Positions 46,609-57,396 are shown, numbered from the stretch's first letter. The stretch is 64,000 bases of DNA from an uncultured Acidobacteriaceae bacterium (GCA_963806195.1 CAWDXI010000002.1:1335493-1399492); one strand, 5' to 3'. Made by a program: numbers and translations. Notes: generated from the sequence alone by a model not told the origin.

Positions 46609-46899
46609 CTAGGATCGTCGGCTTTTTCTATCAGCCGTCTTGCCGTCATGATTGCGCTATATGCTTGGATAAGCGTTGGGATCCTCTGTGAGACTCCGCC
46701 CTTCGGGTTGAACTCGGGGCGGCCGACTGGTTAAGAGCTTTCTGGTAGTGGTCGCAGATTATTGGTTGAGCCTCTGGAGGATCATCAAAGGGAATCGTGG
46801 AAACAGCGTCATCGAGTGCGGCAGCATCGCACTAATGGTTTTGTTCCTCATCATGCTCTTGATGAAGTTCACAAATCTAGCGGGACGAATGCAGAACAC

Positions 46900-47010
46900 C
46901 AACGTCGTTTCGGCGCGATGACCCAATATCTGCGTGAGCTTGCCGAATGGCTAAGGCTGTTCGGTGTGACTCAAGTAGCGATGGAATCGAATGGCCAAAA
47001 AACTGTAGAC
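46900..47010 (+). pseudogene. Short internal fragment of an IS110-family transposase
   Basis: RFGAMTQYLRELAEWLRLFGVTQVAMESNG matches the F.....L..L..WL...GV..VAMESTG block. Nothing recognisable lies on either side. Confidence 0.4.
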
Positions 47011-47286
47011 AGTTTGCAGGCACCGCACTTCCACACAAGCAGGGTATCTGCTGTGTTCGCGAGATGGAGAATCCCAGCATAATTGAGCCCTGTAAATTGC
47101 CGCACCACGCGTTTTTTTTACTGCGTTCCTGGGATACACCATCAGAGCATCGGAGCTATTTTGCTGCCAGGACAGCACTATTGCACCTCCATTGTTGACT
47201 GCACAAAATACTTGCACTAACTTGCACTGCATTCCTTTCGCGGGAGAGTATTTTTCCGGTGAACTCATCACCCACAATAGATAGCA

Positions 47287-47626
47287 CCAATTACCGGTTG
47301 GAGTGATCCAAATGTGCTGTATCGCGCCGATACCGTTAATCTCCGCAAGGGTAAATCTTGTGCCGGGCGCCACAATTACATAAGGATTGACCTTCCAGCC
47401 TTGCCCCAAATCCCGGGCCTCGGGGGACGCTCCCCCTCAATCGCCATTCCACCTTTACCCTTTTCGGCGATAGGTTTTTCGGACTGATGGAGAACGTCTT
47501 GGCATTCGAGACTCGGTATATATCGCCCAAGTCATTGCTTCTCCCATCGTTCGAAAGTTGTTGGCTTCCCGCTGACAATGTCGCAAAGAGCAAGAGTGCA
47601 GATGTTCCCAGAACGTTCAATCTCAT
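47287..47626 (-). pseudogene. Frameshifted, 3'-truncated GH172/DUF2961 paralogue
   Basis: MRLNVLGTSALLLFATLSAGSQQLSNDGRSNDLGDIYRVSNAKTFSISP, then (in another frame) GQGWKVNPYVIVAPGTRFTLAEINGIGAIQHIWITPTGNW. These parallel residues 1-120 of the intact gene at 58076-59224. Homology is lost before the IS110 fragment. Confidence 0.65.
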
Positions 47627-48159
47627 TGGTTAGATCCTCCCGAAAACTTGTCTTCTCGACCAACACCCAAGCGAAGAGGCAGAACACGGCCAGTCATCGA
47701 CGACACGCAGCTTCTGACAGTAGGAGCCAATAGCTTGGGGCGTATCAGTAGAGTGGCTGACAAATCGGTTCACCAGGAAGCATTCAAGCATCAGGGCAAG
47801 GTACTGTCAACGATTCCACTAAGACCTACCAGACCAATCTCTGCGCGGGAATCCATGCTTGTTTTGCTGCCGCAAATCATGCAAAGCAAATCGTTACGCC
47901 GCTGTGCAACAAGACTTTATTTTCGACCGGCTTGCTGATAAGATTCTGCGTATGGAAACCGTTCCGAACTTTGTTAAGCTCATTTGATTGTGCGAACGGA
48001 AGTTGGGAGGGGAAACTCGTCAGTGAGGGTTCCGCCTTTGTAATCGGTCAAGAGCAACTCTGGGAAAAACGTAAAGAGATTGTTAGTCAGGCTTTGCCAT
48101 CAACCGGCAGGCGATCACGAGCCAGGAAACACAAGCCACTAGATAGATTGGGAGAATCA

Positions 48160-49773
48160 ATGAAACTGACAGGTCGGTCGATCGTTGGGTTCGACTCAAG
48201 CGCAGGTTCAAGCCAAGTTTTCTATGCCACCAATCCCACAAACGGCGAGACCTTGGAGCCTAGTTTTGCAGCCGCTACATCCGATGAGGTAGAACGCGCC
48301 GCGCAATTAGCGCATGAGGCATTTGCAAAATATAGTCAGACTTCGGGCCGCGAACGTGCTGCATTCTTGCGCAAAATTGCAGCCGAGATAGAAGCGAATG
48401 CGACGGAAATCATTGACCGAGCGGAACGGGAAACTGCGCTCAACAAAGCTCGTCTGCAAGGCGAGACCGCGCGGACCTGTGGCCAGTTGCGTTTGTTTGC
48501 CCAGTTGGTGGAGGAAGGTTCCTGGGTTGGAGCGCGGGTCGATCGGCTCGATCCGGACCGCAAACCTCTGCCCAAACCCGACCTCCGCTCCATGCTGCGG
48601 CCCGTGGGCCCGGTGGTTGTGTTCGGAGCCAGCAATTTTCCTTTGGCATTCTCGGTGGCCGGAGGCGACACCGCATCCGCTTTGGCTGCAGGTAATCCTG
48701 TGATCGTGAAGGCGCACTCGGCGCACCCCGGTACCGGAGAGCTGGTTGGTCAAGCTGTCCTCAAAGCGGTGCGGGATAGTAATTTGCCGGAGGGCACCTT
48801 CTCGTTGTTGTTCGGCGGCGGGAATCAGATTGGCGCCGCTCTGATGAAACATCCCCACGTCAAGGCGGGAGGCTTCACCGGATCGCGCAAAGCTGGCAGA
48901 AGCTTGATGGACATCGCGGCCGCGCGGCCTGAGCCTATTCCGTTCTATGCGGAGATGAGTAGCACCAACCCAGTTTTCATTCTTCCCGGCGCTCTCCGTG
49001 AGCGTAGAGATGCCATCGCCGCTGGTTTGTATGCGTCCTTCACGTTGGGGGCAGGCCAGTTCTGCACTAAGCCCGGCATGGTATTCATCCCTGAAGGCGT
49101 GGACATTTCGGCGTTCGTTGGAAAGCTGCAGCGGTTAGTCGAGGAATCCGCTCCCTTCCATTTGCTGACCGGGGCGATCCGATCTTCTTACGATGCGGGG
49201 CTCGATTCGCGCAAGGGCAAGTCCGCGGTGAAATTGGCAGCGAAAAAATCGATCGCCGATAGCAGGTCCAGCGCCGTAGGTGCGGCGTTGCTTGAGACCG
49301 ACGCGCAATCCTTCCTCAAAGACCCCGAATTGTCCGAAGAAATCTTTGGGCCGACGACTTTGTTGGTGCGGTATTCCAATCGCGAGGAGGTTCTGAAGGC
49401 TAGCCGCGAGTTAGAAGGGCACTTGACCGCCACCATCCACGGAACAGAACAAGATTTGCGTGACTTCGCCGATCTGATTGCGATCCTCGAGCAGAAAGTC
49501 GGCAGGCTGGTGTTCAATGGTTTCCCAACTGGGGTCGAAGTGTCGCATGCAATGGTGCATGGTGGCCCCTACCCGTCAACCTCGGATGGAAGATCGACCT
49601 CTGTTGGCACACAGGCGATCTTCCGTTTCACGCGACCCGTCTGTTATCAGGGATTTCCCGAGGCGGCGTTGCCCGATGCATTGAAAGAAAACAACCCCCT
49701 TGGCATTTGGCGCCTGGTAGATGGCGAAATGACAAAAGAGGCGGTCGTTCAGCTGCAAACTGTAGGACAATAG
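48160..49773 (+). CDS. NADP-dependent aldehyde dehydrogenase of the alpha-ketoglutarate-semialdehyde (2,5-dioxopentanoate) dehydrogenase type
   Basis: The ATG at 48160 follows GGGAGA. The product is MKLTGRSIVGFDSSAGSSQVFYATNPTNGE..., GPVVVFGASNFPLAFSVAGGDTASALAAGNPVIVKAH, GQFCTKPG (catalytic Cys) and EIFGP. It is about 537 aa, as in KGSADH-type enzymes. Confidence 0.88.
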   Translation: MKLTGRSIVGFDSSAGSSQVFYATNPTNGETLEPSFAAATSDEVERAAQLAHEAFAKYSQTSGRERAAFLRKIAAEIEANATEIIDRAERETALNKARLQGETARTCGQLRLFAQLVEEGSWVGARVDRLDPDRKPLPKPDLRSMLRPVGPVVVFGASNFPLAFSVAGGDTASALAAGNPVIVKAHSAHPGTGELVGQAVLKAVRDSNLPEGTFSLLFGGGNQIGAALMKHPHVKAGGFTGSRKAGRSLMDIAAARPEPIPFYAEMSSTNPVFILPGALRERRDAIAAGLYASFTLGAGQFCTKPGMVFIPEGVDISAFVGKLQRLVEESAPFHLLTGAIRSSYDAGLDSRKGKSAVKLAAKKSIADSRSSAVGAALLETDAQSFLKDPELSEEIFGPTTLLVRYSNREEVLKASRELEGHLTATIHGTEQDLRDFADLIAILEQKVGRLVFNGFPTGVEVSHAMVHGGPYPSTSDGRSTSVGTQAIFRFTRPVCYQGFPEAALPDALKENNPLGIWRLVDGEMTKEAVVQLQTVGQ

Positions 49774-50167
49774 ATTTTCCCAAAACGGGGCCTGACAATC
49801 GTCGGAGTGAGAGGAACAGACGCCCCATTCGCTGGATCGCGAAACGTGATGCTGAAACGATTCACCAGATAGGAGCGAGTCTGCAAGAGTCGAGACGTGA
49901 CACTAGTCGTTTCCGATGCACAGGAGTGGATGGTCCGGGTTGTCCGGCTGGACGCGTCAAGAAAATAGTGGATGGAATTCCTGCGGCGACCTTTCATCTA
50001 CCCGCTTCGTGTAGATAATACTGCGCGAGCTCATGTCATTGCCCACGGTGTAGCTGACAACCTATCCGCATATACGAGAGGATACGCCAGCGGCGACAAC
50101 CTGATCGCTCTGAGAAAATCTGTACCCTCATGCCACCAATGAACCCACATATTCCGAGAGGAATCGA

Positions 50168-50990
50168 ATGCTCCGAGAGTTCCTGTTGCTCACTATGGTC
50201 GGAATGGTTACGACGAATATGGTTGCGGCTGTAAAAGTGGAGAAAACTGAATACAAGGGCTGGCCAGACTGCTATCGGGTCAGCAACGGCGAAGTTGAAC
50301 TGATTGTAACAAGCGATGTGGGGCCAAGGGTGATCCGTTTCGGGTTTGTCGGCGGGCAAAATTTATTCAAGGAGTTTTCCGATCAACTCGGGCGCAGCGG
50401 GGAAGAAAAGTTCCAGTTGCGCGGCGGCGATCGAGTCTGGAAGGCTCCGGAGGACCCCGTGGCTACCTGGGCACCAGACAACGTTCCGGTCGTGATCCAG
50501 ACAACACCATGACTATGATGGTTCAAGGGGGAACCGCGGACCACGTGGAAAGCACCCTATTAATCTTGAGGCCACCAATCCGCTGGTGATGTGGGTCTAC
50601 ACCGATCTTTCAGATCCGCGCTGGAGATTTACAAAGAAATACTTAATTTTACGCCAAGATCCCAAGAACAGCGAGGCCCAGAAGCTTGGGCTGTTCAACC
50701 CGGACACTTGGGCCGTATACATCCTGAATAATGAGGTATTCGTTAAGAGGAGTACTTCGGATCCAACCAAGACGTATCCTGATTTCGGCTCTTCATTCGA
50801 GACCTTTGCGAATAACGATTTTCTCGAAATGGAAACCCTCGGTCCTCTGACCAAGGTGTTGCCTGGGCACACGGTCGAACAGTTGGAGCACTGGGGCTTG
50901 TACCGCAACGTGGTGCTGAGCGACTGGAGCGATGAAGCATTGGATCGGGTCCTGCTCCCGCTAGTCAGGTCTGTCGGGGGCACCCCGTAA
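50168..50990 (+). pseudogene. Conserved hypothetical (DUF4380-like by recollection) split into two ORFs with its middle part missing
   Basis: The N piece is AVKVEKTEYKGWPDCYRVSNGEVELIVTSDVGPRVIRFGFVGGQNLF...RVWKAPED, ending at 50512. The C piece is NPLVMWVYTDLSDPRWRF...YPDFGSSFETFANNDFLEMETLGPLTKVLPGHTVEQLEHWGL, in another frame from about 50560. Confidence 0.5.
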
Positions 50991-51310
50991 TGCTAGCAGC
51001 GTGGTTCTTCCAGGGTGCTAATGTTCGCCTGTCGCTCAACCCTGTCGACCTGATCATCGTTGTGTTGTACTTCGTGTTGGTTCTGGGCCTTGGCGTCTAC
51101 TTGCGACGGTTTACCAAAACGGGCGAAGGATTCTTCATGGCTGGCCGCGAAATGAGCGCCTGGATTGTCGCCCTTAGCTTTATCTCGGCTAACCTTGGTT
51201 CCCTGGAAATGATGGGCTATGCGGCTGCCACCTACCAATACGGCATTCTCGTGGGACACGCCATTGGATGCAACGAGAATCCGCTTGACAAACCGTTTTC
51301 GAATCAATAA
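50990..51310 (+). pseudogene. N-terminal fragment of a sodium:solute symporter (SSF) family transporter
   Basis: LNPVDLIIVVLYFVLVLGLGVYLRRFTKTGEGFFMAGREMSAWIVALSFISANLGSLEMMGYAAATYQYG is the characteristic first two helices. The frame ends after about 100 aa. Confidence 0.6.
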
Positions 51311-51334
51311 GATCCAGCCCGCTTTGTAGTACTC

Positions 51335-52110
51335 AATTCCACAATGTGGAAGTATCCAAAGGCAATCCTGGGGCTCAAAAATATCGGCCCTGCACCGGCG
51401 CCATTACCTCAGGGGAAGATTTTGAAAAGTATCCCTGGCCGGACCCCGAATAAACGAATCTATTGTTCCCGGACAAAGTGCAGCGACTGTTGCCCGAGGG
51501 GGTTCGCGCGGCGGCAAATATCGGAAAGATCTTTACCGGGGCATGGCAGTTGATGGGCTTTACCTTCTTTTGCGCGGCTCTGCGCGATAACCCGAGTCTC
51601 ATCGAACGGGTGTTTGAACGGGTCGCAGCCATTCAGGCCCGGCTGACGGAACGGGTGATTGCCCATCCAGTGATCGGTGCCGTGCTGCATGCCGATGATC
51701 TCGCCTACTTCGGCGGACCGATGGTCAACTCCGTGGGTGTACCGGCGTTGCGTTTTTCCAGCATACAAAGAAGATGCGAGAAATATGCCGCCAACGCAGC
51801 GTGCTCTACATCACTCGGATGGGCAGATGAAGGATTTGATTGGCGACATCGGGGACGGCGGGTTCATCGCTTCACCCCATTGGGCCGAAGCCGATGGACG
51901 CAGTTGAGGTGAAGGTTGGGCTAGAGGATCTGCCTGCTGGGGCACATTGACGTGGATCTACTGGCGCGGGGCACACCGCAGCAGATCCGCGAACAAACGA
52001 AACTTAACCTCGACGCACTTGCCCGCGACCGTGGATATTGCCCTGGTTCTCGAAACTCCGTTCCGGACTATGTGCCACTCCGCAACTTCGTAGCCATGAT
52101 TGAGGCGACC
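51335..52110 (+). pseudogene. Uroporphyrinogen-decarboxylase-like (URO-D/MtaA family) gene with an in-frame stop and several frameshifts
   Basis: The pieces in three frames are: GEDFEKYPWPDPE*; FPDKVQRLLPEGVRAAANIGKIFTGAWQLMGFTFFCAALRDNPSLIERVFERV; FPAYKEDARNM...LHHSDGQMKDLIGDIGDGGFIA; and LLARGTPQQIREQTK...SRNSVPDYVPLRNFVAMIEA. Confidence 0.6.
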
Positions 52111-52276
52111 ACGACTGGCGCTAAGGGCGGTGCCGCCGCATGGCCAGAAAGGCCAACTTGGGACCAAGAATCCTTGGGACCAAGAATCCCTTGACAGGCT
52201 GTTCGCGAATCGTTAGAGTGTGACCCGTATTGCAGTACAGACTTCCATAATATAGAAATCATTGAGATGCTTGGTA

Positions 52277-53045
52277 ATGAGACTCAAAGGTAATGCGGTA
52301 GTAGTAACCGGTGGTGGTTCAGGCATCGGTCAGTCTACCAGTCTGCACTGGCGCCCGTGAGCGCGCCCGCGTCCTGGTGGTGGATATCGTGGGCGAAAAG
52401 GTGGAGCGGGCTATGCGCGAGATCACGGACGCCGGTGGCATCGCTGAAGGTCTTGCCCCCGATGTTTCCACCGAAGAGGGCGCGAAGAGTATCCCTTCCC
52501 GCGCCGCCAGCTTGTGTCATCGCCTTGATGTTCAGGTAAATACCGCTGCTTCGTTTCATCACCGGTCTATCGAAGAAACCACTCAGGCTGACTCGGAATT
52601 GGTCCTCAAAGTAAATGTGCTGGGGACCAGTTTCTGCACCAAACACGCGGTCGCCCTCATGAAAGAGCAGAAAAGCGGCTCCATCGTGAACGTGGCTCCA
52701 TCAATGGCTTGGTCGCCATGGGTCCAATCTGGACAACGTATAGCGCCAGCAAGGCCGCTATCGTCAACATGTCAAGATCCATGGCGGTGGGCTTCGCCCC
52801 ATTTAATATTCGGGCGAACTGCGTTTGCCCGGGAATGAGCTACACGCCGGCACTGGAACATGAGTTGGTCCAGTTGAAAGTGACCAGAAAATATGCGGAA
52901 GAGAACATCATGGGTCCGCGCTGCTTGCTGAGGCGGTTTGGCAAACCCAGAGGAGATCTCTCCCGTAATCGTTTTGCTGGCTTCTGACGAGGCCTCATAC
53001 ATAACCGGTGCAACCTTTGTGGCAGATGGCGGATACACGAGTTAA
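52277..53045 (+). pseudogene. Dead paralogue of the SDR at 37295-38062 (at least three frameshifts)
   Basis: MRLKGNAVVVTGGGSGIGQ then a stop; ARVLVVDIVGEKVERAMREITDAGGIAEGL...NTAASFHH...VNVLGTSFCTKHAVALMKEQKSGSIVNV; YSASKAAIVNMSRSMAVGFAPFNIRANCVCPG; LASDEASYITGATFVADGGYTS*. It is colinear with the intact SDR. Confidence 0.75.
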
Positions 53046-55212
53046 GACTGTGCATCGATACATCTACAACATCGCAGCTTTGATCGCGGTTGGTGTTTCT
53101 TTGTCGCGTGCCCAGACTCCTTCTGCCCGGCCGAAAGAGATCACGCTGCAAAACTCACAATTACGAGTTGTCTTGTCAGCCCGGAACGGCTCGCTGATCA
53201 GTATAGAGCGTAAGGACGGCAATCTTTCCTATCTCGGATCGTCGGAGCAGTCGGGATGGTTTCGCGTACAGCTCCCTCTGCCGTACTGGGAGGGACACTC
53301 CACGGCGAGCAAAGACCTGCCAGCAATCGACGTAGCGAAAAAGACTGCGGATTCCGTGGAACTTCGGTTGGTCGGACTTGCTTCCAAGGAGGGCAAGTTC
53401 AAGATTACTGCTCGTCTGTCGGTACGGCTTGACGGTGACAACGTGATTTGCGCTCTCAACCTGCGCAACGACAGTCAGCAGACGATTGATCGGATTAGTT
53501 TCCCCATTATGGATCTTCCGGCTGCTTCCGATGGAAACGAAACCATTGTCACGCCTAACAGCAGCTTCTTCCAGTTAGCTCCCTTGCGCCTGCTTTTCAG
53601 CCAGAATGATATCCGGACGACCCACAATCCTTTCGATTCGCTCGACCCGCTGGACCTCCGCGCCTGGTTCGCGAACGATCCCAAGATTCCAATGAAAGGA
53701 ATCAATTACCCGATGGATTTGCCGACCTCGTGGGTTACCTATACCGGGGACCAGAAGGGTCTCGGGTTCGATGTGCGTACTAGGGATTTTGAGTTCCAAA
53801 AGCTCACGGTAGAGCGACGCTTGTTCCGCAATGAGATCTCGCGTGAGAAGAATCGCCGCGACTATGAACTGGCGTGGAACTGGTATCCGCTGATAAAGCC
53901 TGGCGCCTCCTGGCAAAGCGCGGAGGTGTATATCAAGTGTGATCATGGCGACTGGCACGCCATTGCCAAACAGCACCGGGACTGGCTGAGGACCTGGATC
54001 ACGCGCCCCAAGCCGCCAAAAGAATTGCAGCAATCTATCGGCTGGATCAGCCGTAGCATACGGTCGTTTGACGACATCCCCGTGTTCGGGAAGCAGGGCG
54101 TGGACATCGGCGCGCCCTACTTCATCGTGTACGGATGGGCCGCGATTAACACCGGCGGCATGACCTACGACTCTTACCCCAGGAGCGAATTCGGAGGGGT
54201 GGAGGCTTTGCGGCGCAATTTGCAGGCGGCCAAGCAACTGGGCTCACTTCCCTTGGCTTGGTTCAATGGCACCACCAGCGTGCAAAGCGACATGGACCAT
54301 CTTCTGATGGGATACAACTGGACGGCAATTGACCGCTGGGGAGGCCAGTTGCTTGATGGGAGATGGTCGCTGTTCTCTCCCGGCCAGGTCGCTACCATCA
54401 ATAACAACACGCAGTGGTTTGAAATGGATCTGAGCACCGACGTAAAGAATTTTCTGCTCGACTGTGAGCGGCGCTTTATCGATTACGGCTTCGTCGGCAA
54501 TGAAATGGATCAGGCTCATAAAAATTACCTGTCCTACCGGGAGCACGGGGACGGAACCGGGCCGGAGTTGGCGTTTTCCAAGGGCTACGGAGACTTCTTT
54601 GCCGAGGCGCAGAAAATCATCAAGGGCGCGAACCCAGCCGGAATCATGGTTGGCGAAAATCCTTCAGAACTGATGAACCAATATGTGGATTCAACCTGGA
54701 TCTTCGAGGGCGGCGCCCTGAACCTCCCGACGCTGAATACCCTGCGCTATTCCTGGCCGTGGGCGACGGTCCCCACGCGGGCGATTCCCACCGACCGGGG
54801 CCACGCCAATCGGGCATTCATGATGAATGCGCCCCTCGACATTTTTGATGACCTCACCAAGCATCCGGAGTATGCAGAACATCTCAAGCGATTGCATGGT
54901 CTGAAGCAAGCCACCTCGGACTTCTTTTATCAAGGTGAGTTCTCCGATCAAGACGGCTTTTCACTAACTTCATCCCAAGAGGATGTCATGGCGAAGTCGT
55001 ATCGCGAACCCTCGGGAAAATTCACCGCAATCGTAGTCATCAATTCGGGATCGACGGCGCGGGAAGCGACGATTCGCCCGGATCCCGAGATCGCCAAAGA
55101 GAAAGTCCGGCATTTTTACCTGGATGGGCGAACCGAAACGGATGCATCCTCGGATGAAATCCATTTGAGCTTGCCACCTTATGACTTGCAAGTTCTGGGT
55201 TTTGAGCGATAG
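53026..55212 (+). CDS. Large secreted protein, uncharacterised glycoside-hydrolase-like family (DUF6259-like by recollection)
   Basis: About 728 aa. The signal-like N-terminus is YIYNIAALIAVGVSLSRAQ. It is a paralogue of the next gene, with shared blocks LQNSQLRVVLSARNGSL / LENDALRVEVSPETGTI and GDWHAIAKQHRDWL / ADWHKIAAEHREWY. The start is uncertain (ATG 53026 or GTG 53050, just after the dead SDR stop). Confidence 0.78.
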   Translation: MADTRVKTVHRYIYNIAALIAVGVSLSRAQTPSARPKEITLQNSQLRVVLSARNGSLISIERKDGNLSYLGSSEQSGWFRVQLPLPYWEGHSTASKDLPAIDVAKKTADSVELRLVGLASKEGKFKITARLSVRLDGDNVICALNLRNDSQQTIDRISFPIMDLPAASDGNETIVTPNSSFFQLAPLRLLFSQNDIRTTHNPFDSLDPLDLRAWFANDPKIPMKGINYPMDLPTSWVTYTGDQKGLGFDVRTRDFEFQKLTVERRLFRNEISREKNRRDYELAWNWYPLIKPGASWQSAEVYIKCDHGDWHAIAKQHRDWLRTWITRPKPPKELQQSIGWISRSIRSFDDIPVFGKQGVDIGAPYFIVYGWAAINTGGMTYDSYPRSEFGGVEALRRNLQAAKQLGSLPLAWFNGTTSVQSDMDHLLMGYNWTAIDRWGGQLLDGRWSLFSPGQVATINNNTQWFEMDLSTDVKNFLLDCERRFIDYGFVGNEMDQAHKNYLSYREHGDGTGPELAFSKGYGDFFAEAQKIIKGANPAGIMVGENPSELMNQYVDSTWIFEGGALNLPTLNTLRYSWPWATVPTRAIPTDRGHANRAFMMNAPLDIFDDLTKHPEYAEHLKRLHGLKQATSDFFYQGEFSDQDGFSLTSSQEDVMAKSYREPSGKFTAIVVINSGSTAREATIRPDPEIAKEKVRHFYLDGRTETDASSDEIHLSLPPYDLQVLGFER

Positions 55213-55215
55213 GCG

Positions 55216-57351
55216 ATGATGAAGAAAACGGATTGGCGCGCTCTGGTTCTATTCTCGCTTGTGCTTGTCGCTTTGCATCTCTCGGCAATGGATAGCGCCA
55301 CGGTTCTCGAGAACGATGCTCTGCGCGTCGAAGTTTCGCCAGAGACCGGAACCATTACCCGCATTTTCGACAAGCACACGAACACCGAATATATAAAGGA
55401 GCACCCGCAGGCGAAACTCTTTCAGCTTCTGATCCCCAAGCCGGGCGATCTTACGCAGCAAATCAATTCCTGGGAGCAAAAACCCGTATCGGTGCTGGTA
55501 GCCGACGGCGCCTTAACCATCAAGTTTCAGAATCTGCGGGCCGCGCAGCAAGCTTATCTTTTTCAATCCGGCCAAATGGCCTCACCCGGGCCGCAACTTC
55601 CCATCACAGTGACGGTAACGCTTCGTTTGCAGAACGAACACATCCTGGCGTCCATTGAGGTAGAGAACAAAAGTCTCGAGCAGATCACGGATGTAGTTTT
55701 TCCCTGGCTCGAGGGCCTCCCACGTTCCTCCGATGGGAAACCGTTCAAGGTGATCCTGCCGTCCCTGGCGCAGAAGACGCTGACGGCTACTTCGGACTTC
55801 TTGCTGGGTCAAAGGGCAAAGACCTATCCCGCATTACTGGCCACTAGTTGGCTCGACTACGAAAATGGCAGCGAAGGGATTGGAATCGAAGTACAGTCGC
55901 CGCCAGAGACGCAAGAGGGGCTCGTCTCTCTCAGTCCGAACGTATCCATCGGAGGCGACGCCCAGGAAAGCCCTGGCGGCCCTTACATTGGGTGGGATTT
56001 CTACCCCCACATTGGAGGTCAGAGTACATGGAAGTCTTCACCGGTCGTGATTCATGTCCATGGCGCGGACTGGCATAAGATCGCTGCCGAACACCGCGAA
56101 TGGTACCGCCAGAAGTATTCGCCGAAACAAGTTACCGCATTCGACCAGGCGGTGGGATTCTCCACCTACCGGCTTAAAAAAGACGACAATAGCATCCACT
56201 GGACTTATGACGATCTGCCAAAGCTCGCGGATATTGCTGCCAAGGCAGGAATCCAGAACTTGGTAATTGAAGGTTGGCGGGAGCGAGAGGGGCCGGGCAA
56301 TCCTTCGCCCTTCGGAGAGGTCGCCGATCCCCACATGGGTGGCGGCGCCCGCCTTAAGGACGTGGTGGAGAAGCTTGAGCAAAGGCACGTGAATCTGATT
56401 TTTGCTTTTCACCCGGCCTACATCAACACAGCCGCCGAACACTACAAAGATAGAAACATTCGCTGGACGGTCAGGACCCGCCGTCAGGTTGAGCAGATGC
56501 AACCGCAATTCACCTTCTATACGTTCGACTATCCCTACCAGGAGGAGATTGCGCATTTCTGGGGTGTGGTCGATCCTTCGCTGCCGGTGACCGACCAGCT
56601 TCTGCGTGACGCCCAGCGGCTCAAAGAGGAGTACGGCTTCCGCAATCTATTTCTTCGCGGCGTGGGCCTGCAGTCCTACCTTTCTTACAACAAAGAAGAC
56701 GTTGTAGCTCCGCAGAAGGTGTATGAGTTGGGATACGAACGTTTCCTTGGAGGTCTCCGCAAGCTCTATCCCGACGGCATGCTGCTCATGGAAGGATTCA
56801 ATGATCTGGTAAATTCCTACGGGGACGGTGGATACACTTGGGTTCAGAACACAGATTCCGAAATCCTCGCTTATAGCATCCCGTGGGATCCTTTCTCAAA
56901 TGATGTTGACGCGCTGGATTACGACGAGGTAAATGAAAGTTTTGCACGCAAGATCCTGATCAATCTGATGGTGGATGGCGGCGATGGCACCGTCGAACCC
57001 TACTCGCAGTTCGCTCAGCACTTAAAAGCGCTGCGGAGCTTGAAAGAGGCCACCACTCCTTATTACGCGCAGGCTGAATTCCACGACCATGACGGATTGA
57101 AGAAGATCGACGCAGAATCCCAGGTTCAGGTTTCGGCCTTCGAGAACACCGCTGCGAAAAAACGTGGGATCGTGTTGGCAAATCTCTCCGAACAGAAAAA
57201 GAAGGCGACGCTTGAGCTGGATCAGTCGAGCGGAATGAAAGGCCGTCTGTTCCGTTTGGGAGGACAGCAGGAAGAAGTCGCGCTTCCACAGCTATCCGTA
57301 GAGTTGGCGCCCTACGAAGTAGTGATTGTCGGAATTGATTCAGATCACTAG
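55216..57351 (+). CDS. Large secreted protein, paralogue of 53026-55212 (DUF6259-like)
   Basis: 711 aa. The signal peptide is MMKKTDWRALVLFSLVLVALHLSA. It starts 3 nt after the preceding stop. Confidence 0.8.
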   Translation: MMKKTDWRALVLFSLVLVALHLSAMDSATVLENDALRVEVSPETGTITRIFDKHTNTEYIKEHPQAKLFQLLIPKPGDLTQQINSWEQKPVSVLVADGALTIKFQNLRAAQQAYLFQSGQMASPGPQLPITVTVTLRLQNEHILASIEVENKSLEQITDVVFPWLEGLPRSSDGKPFKVILPSLAQKTLTATSDFLLGQRAKTYPALLATSWLDYENGSEGIGIEVQSPPETQEGLVSLSPNVSIGGDAQESPGGPYIGWDFYPHIGGQSTWKSSPVVIHVHGADWHKIAAEHREWYRQKYSPKQVTAFDQAVGFSTYRLKKDDNSIHWTYDDLPKLADIAAKAGIQNLVIEGWREREGPGNPSPFGEVADPHMGGGARLKDVVEKLEQRHVNLIFAFHPAYINTAAEHYKDRNIRWTVRTRRQVEQMQPQFTFYTFDYPYQEEIAHFWGVVDPSLPVTDQLLRDAQRLKEEYGFRNLFLRGVGLQSYLSYNKEDVVAPQKVYELGYERFLGGLRKLYPDGMLLMEGFNDLVNSYGDGGYTWVQNTDSEILAYSIPWDPFSNDVDALDYDEVNESFARKILINLMVDGGDGTVEPYSQFAQHLKALRSLKEATTPYYAQAEFHDHDGLKKIDAESQVQVSAFENTAAKKRGIVLANLSEQKKKATLELDQSSGMKGRLFRLGGQQEEVALPQLSVELAPYEVVIVGIDSDH

Positions 57352-57396
57352 GCACGAGAGGCCCGGCGGATGCGGAGCTTAGTTTAAGAAGCAAGC

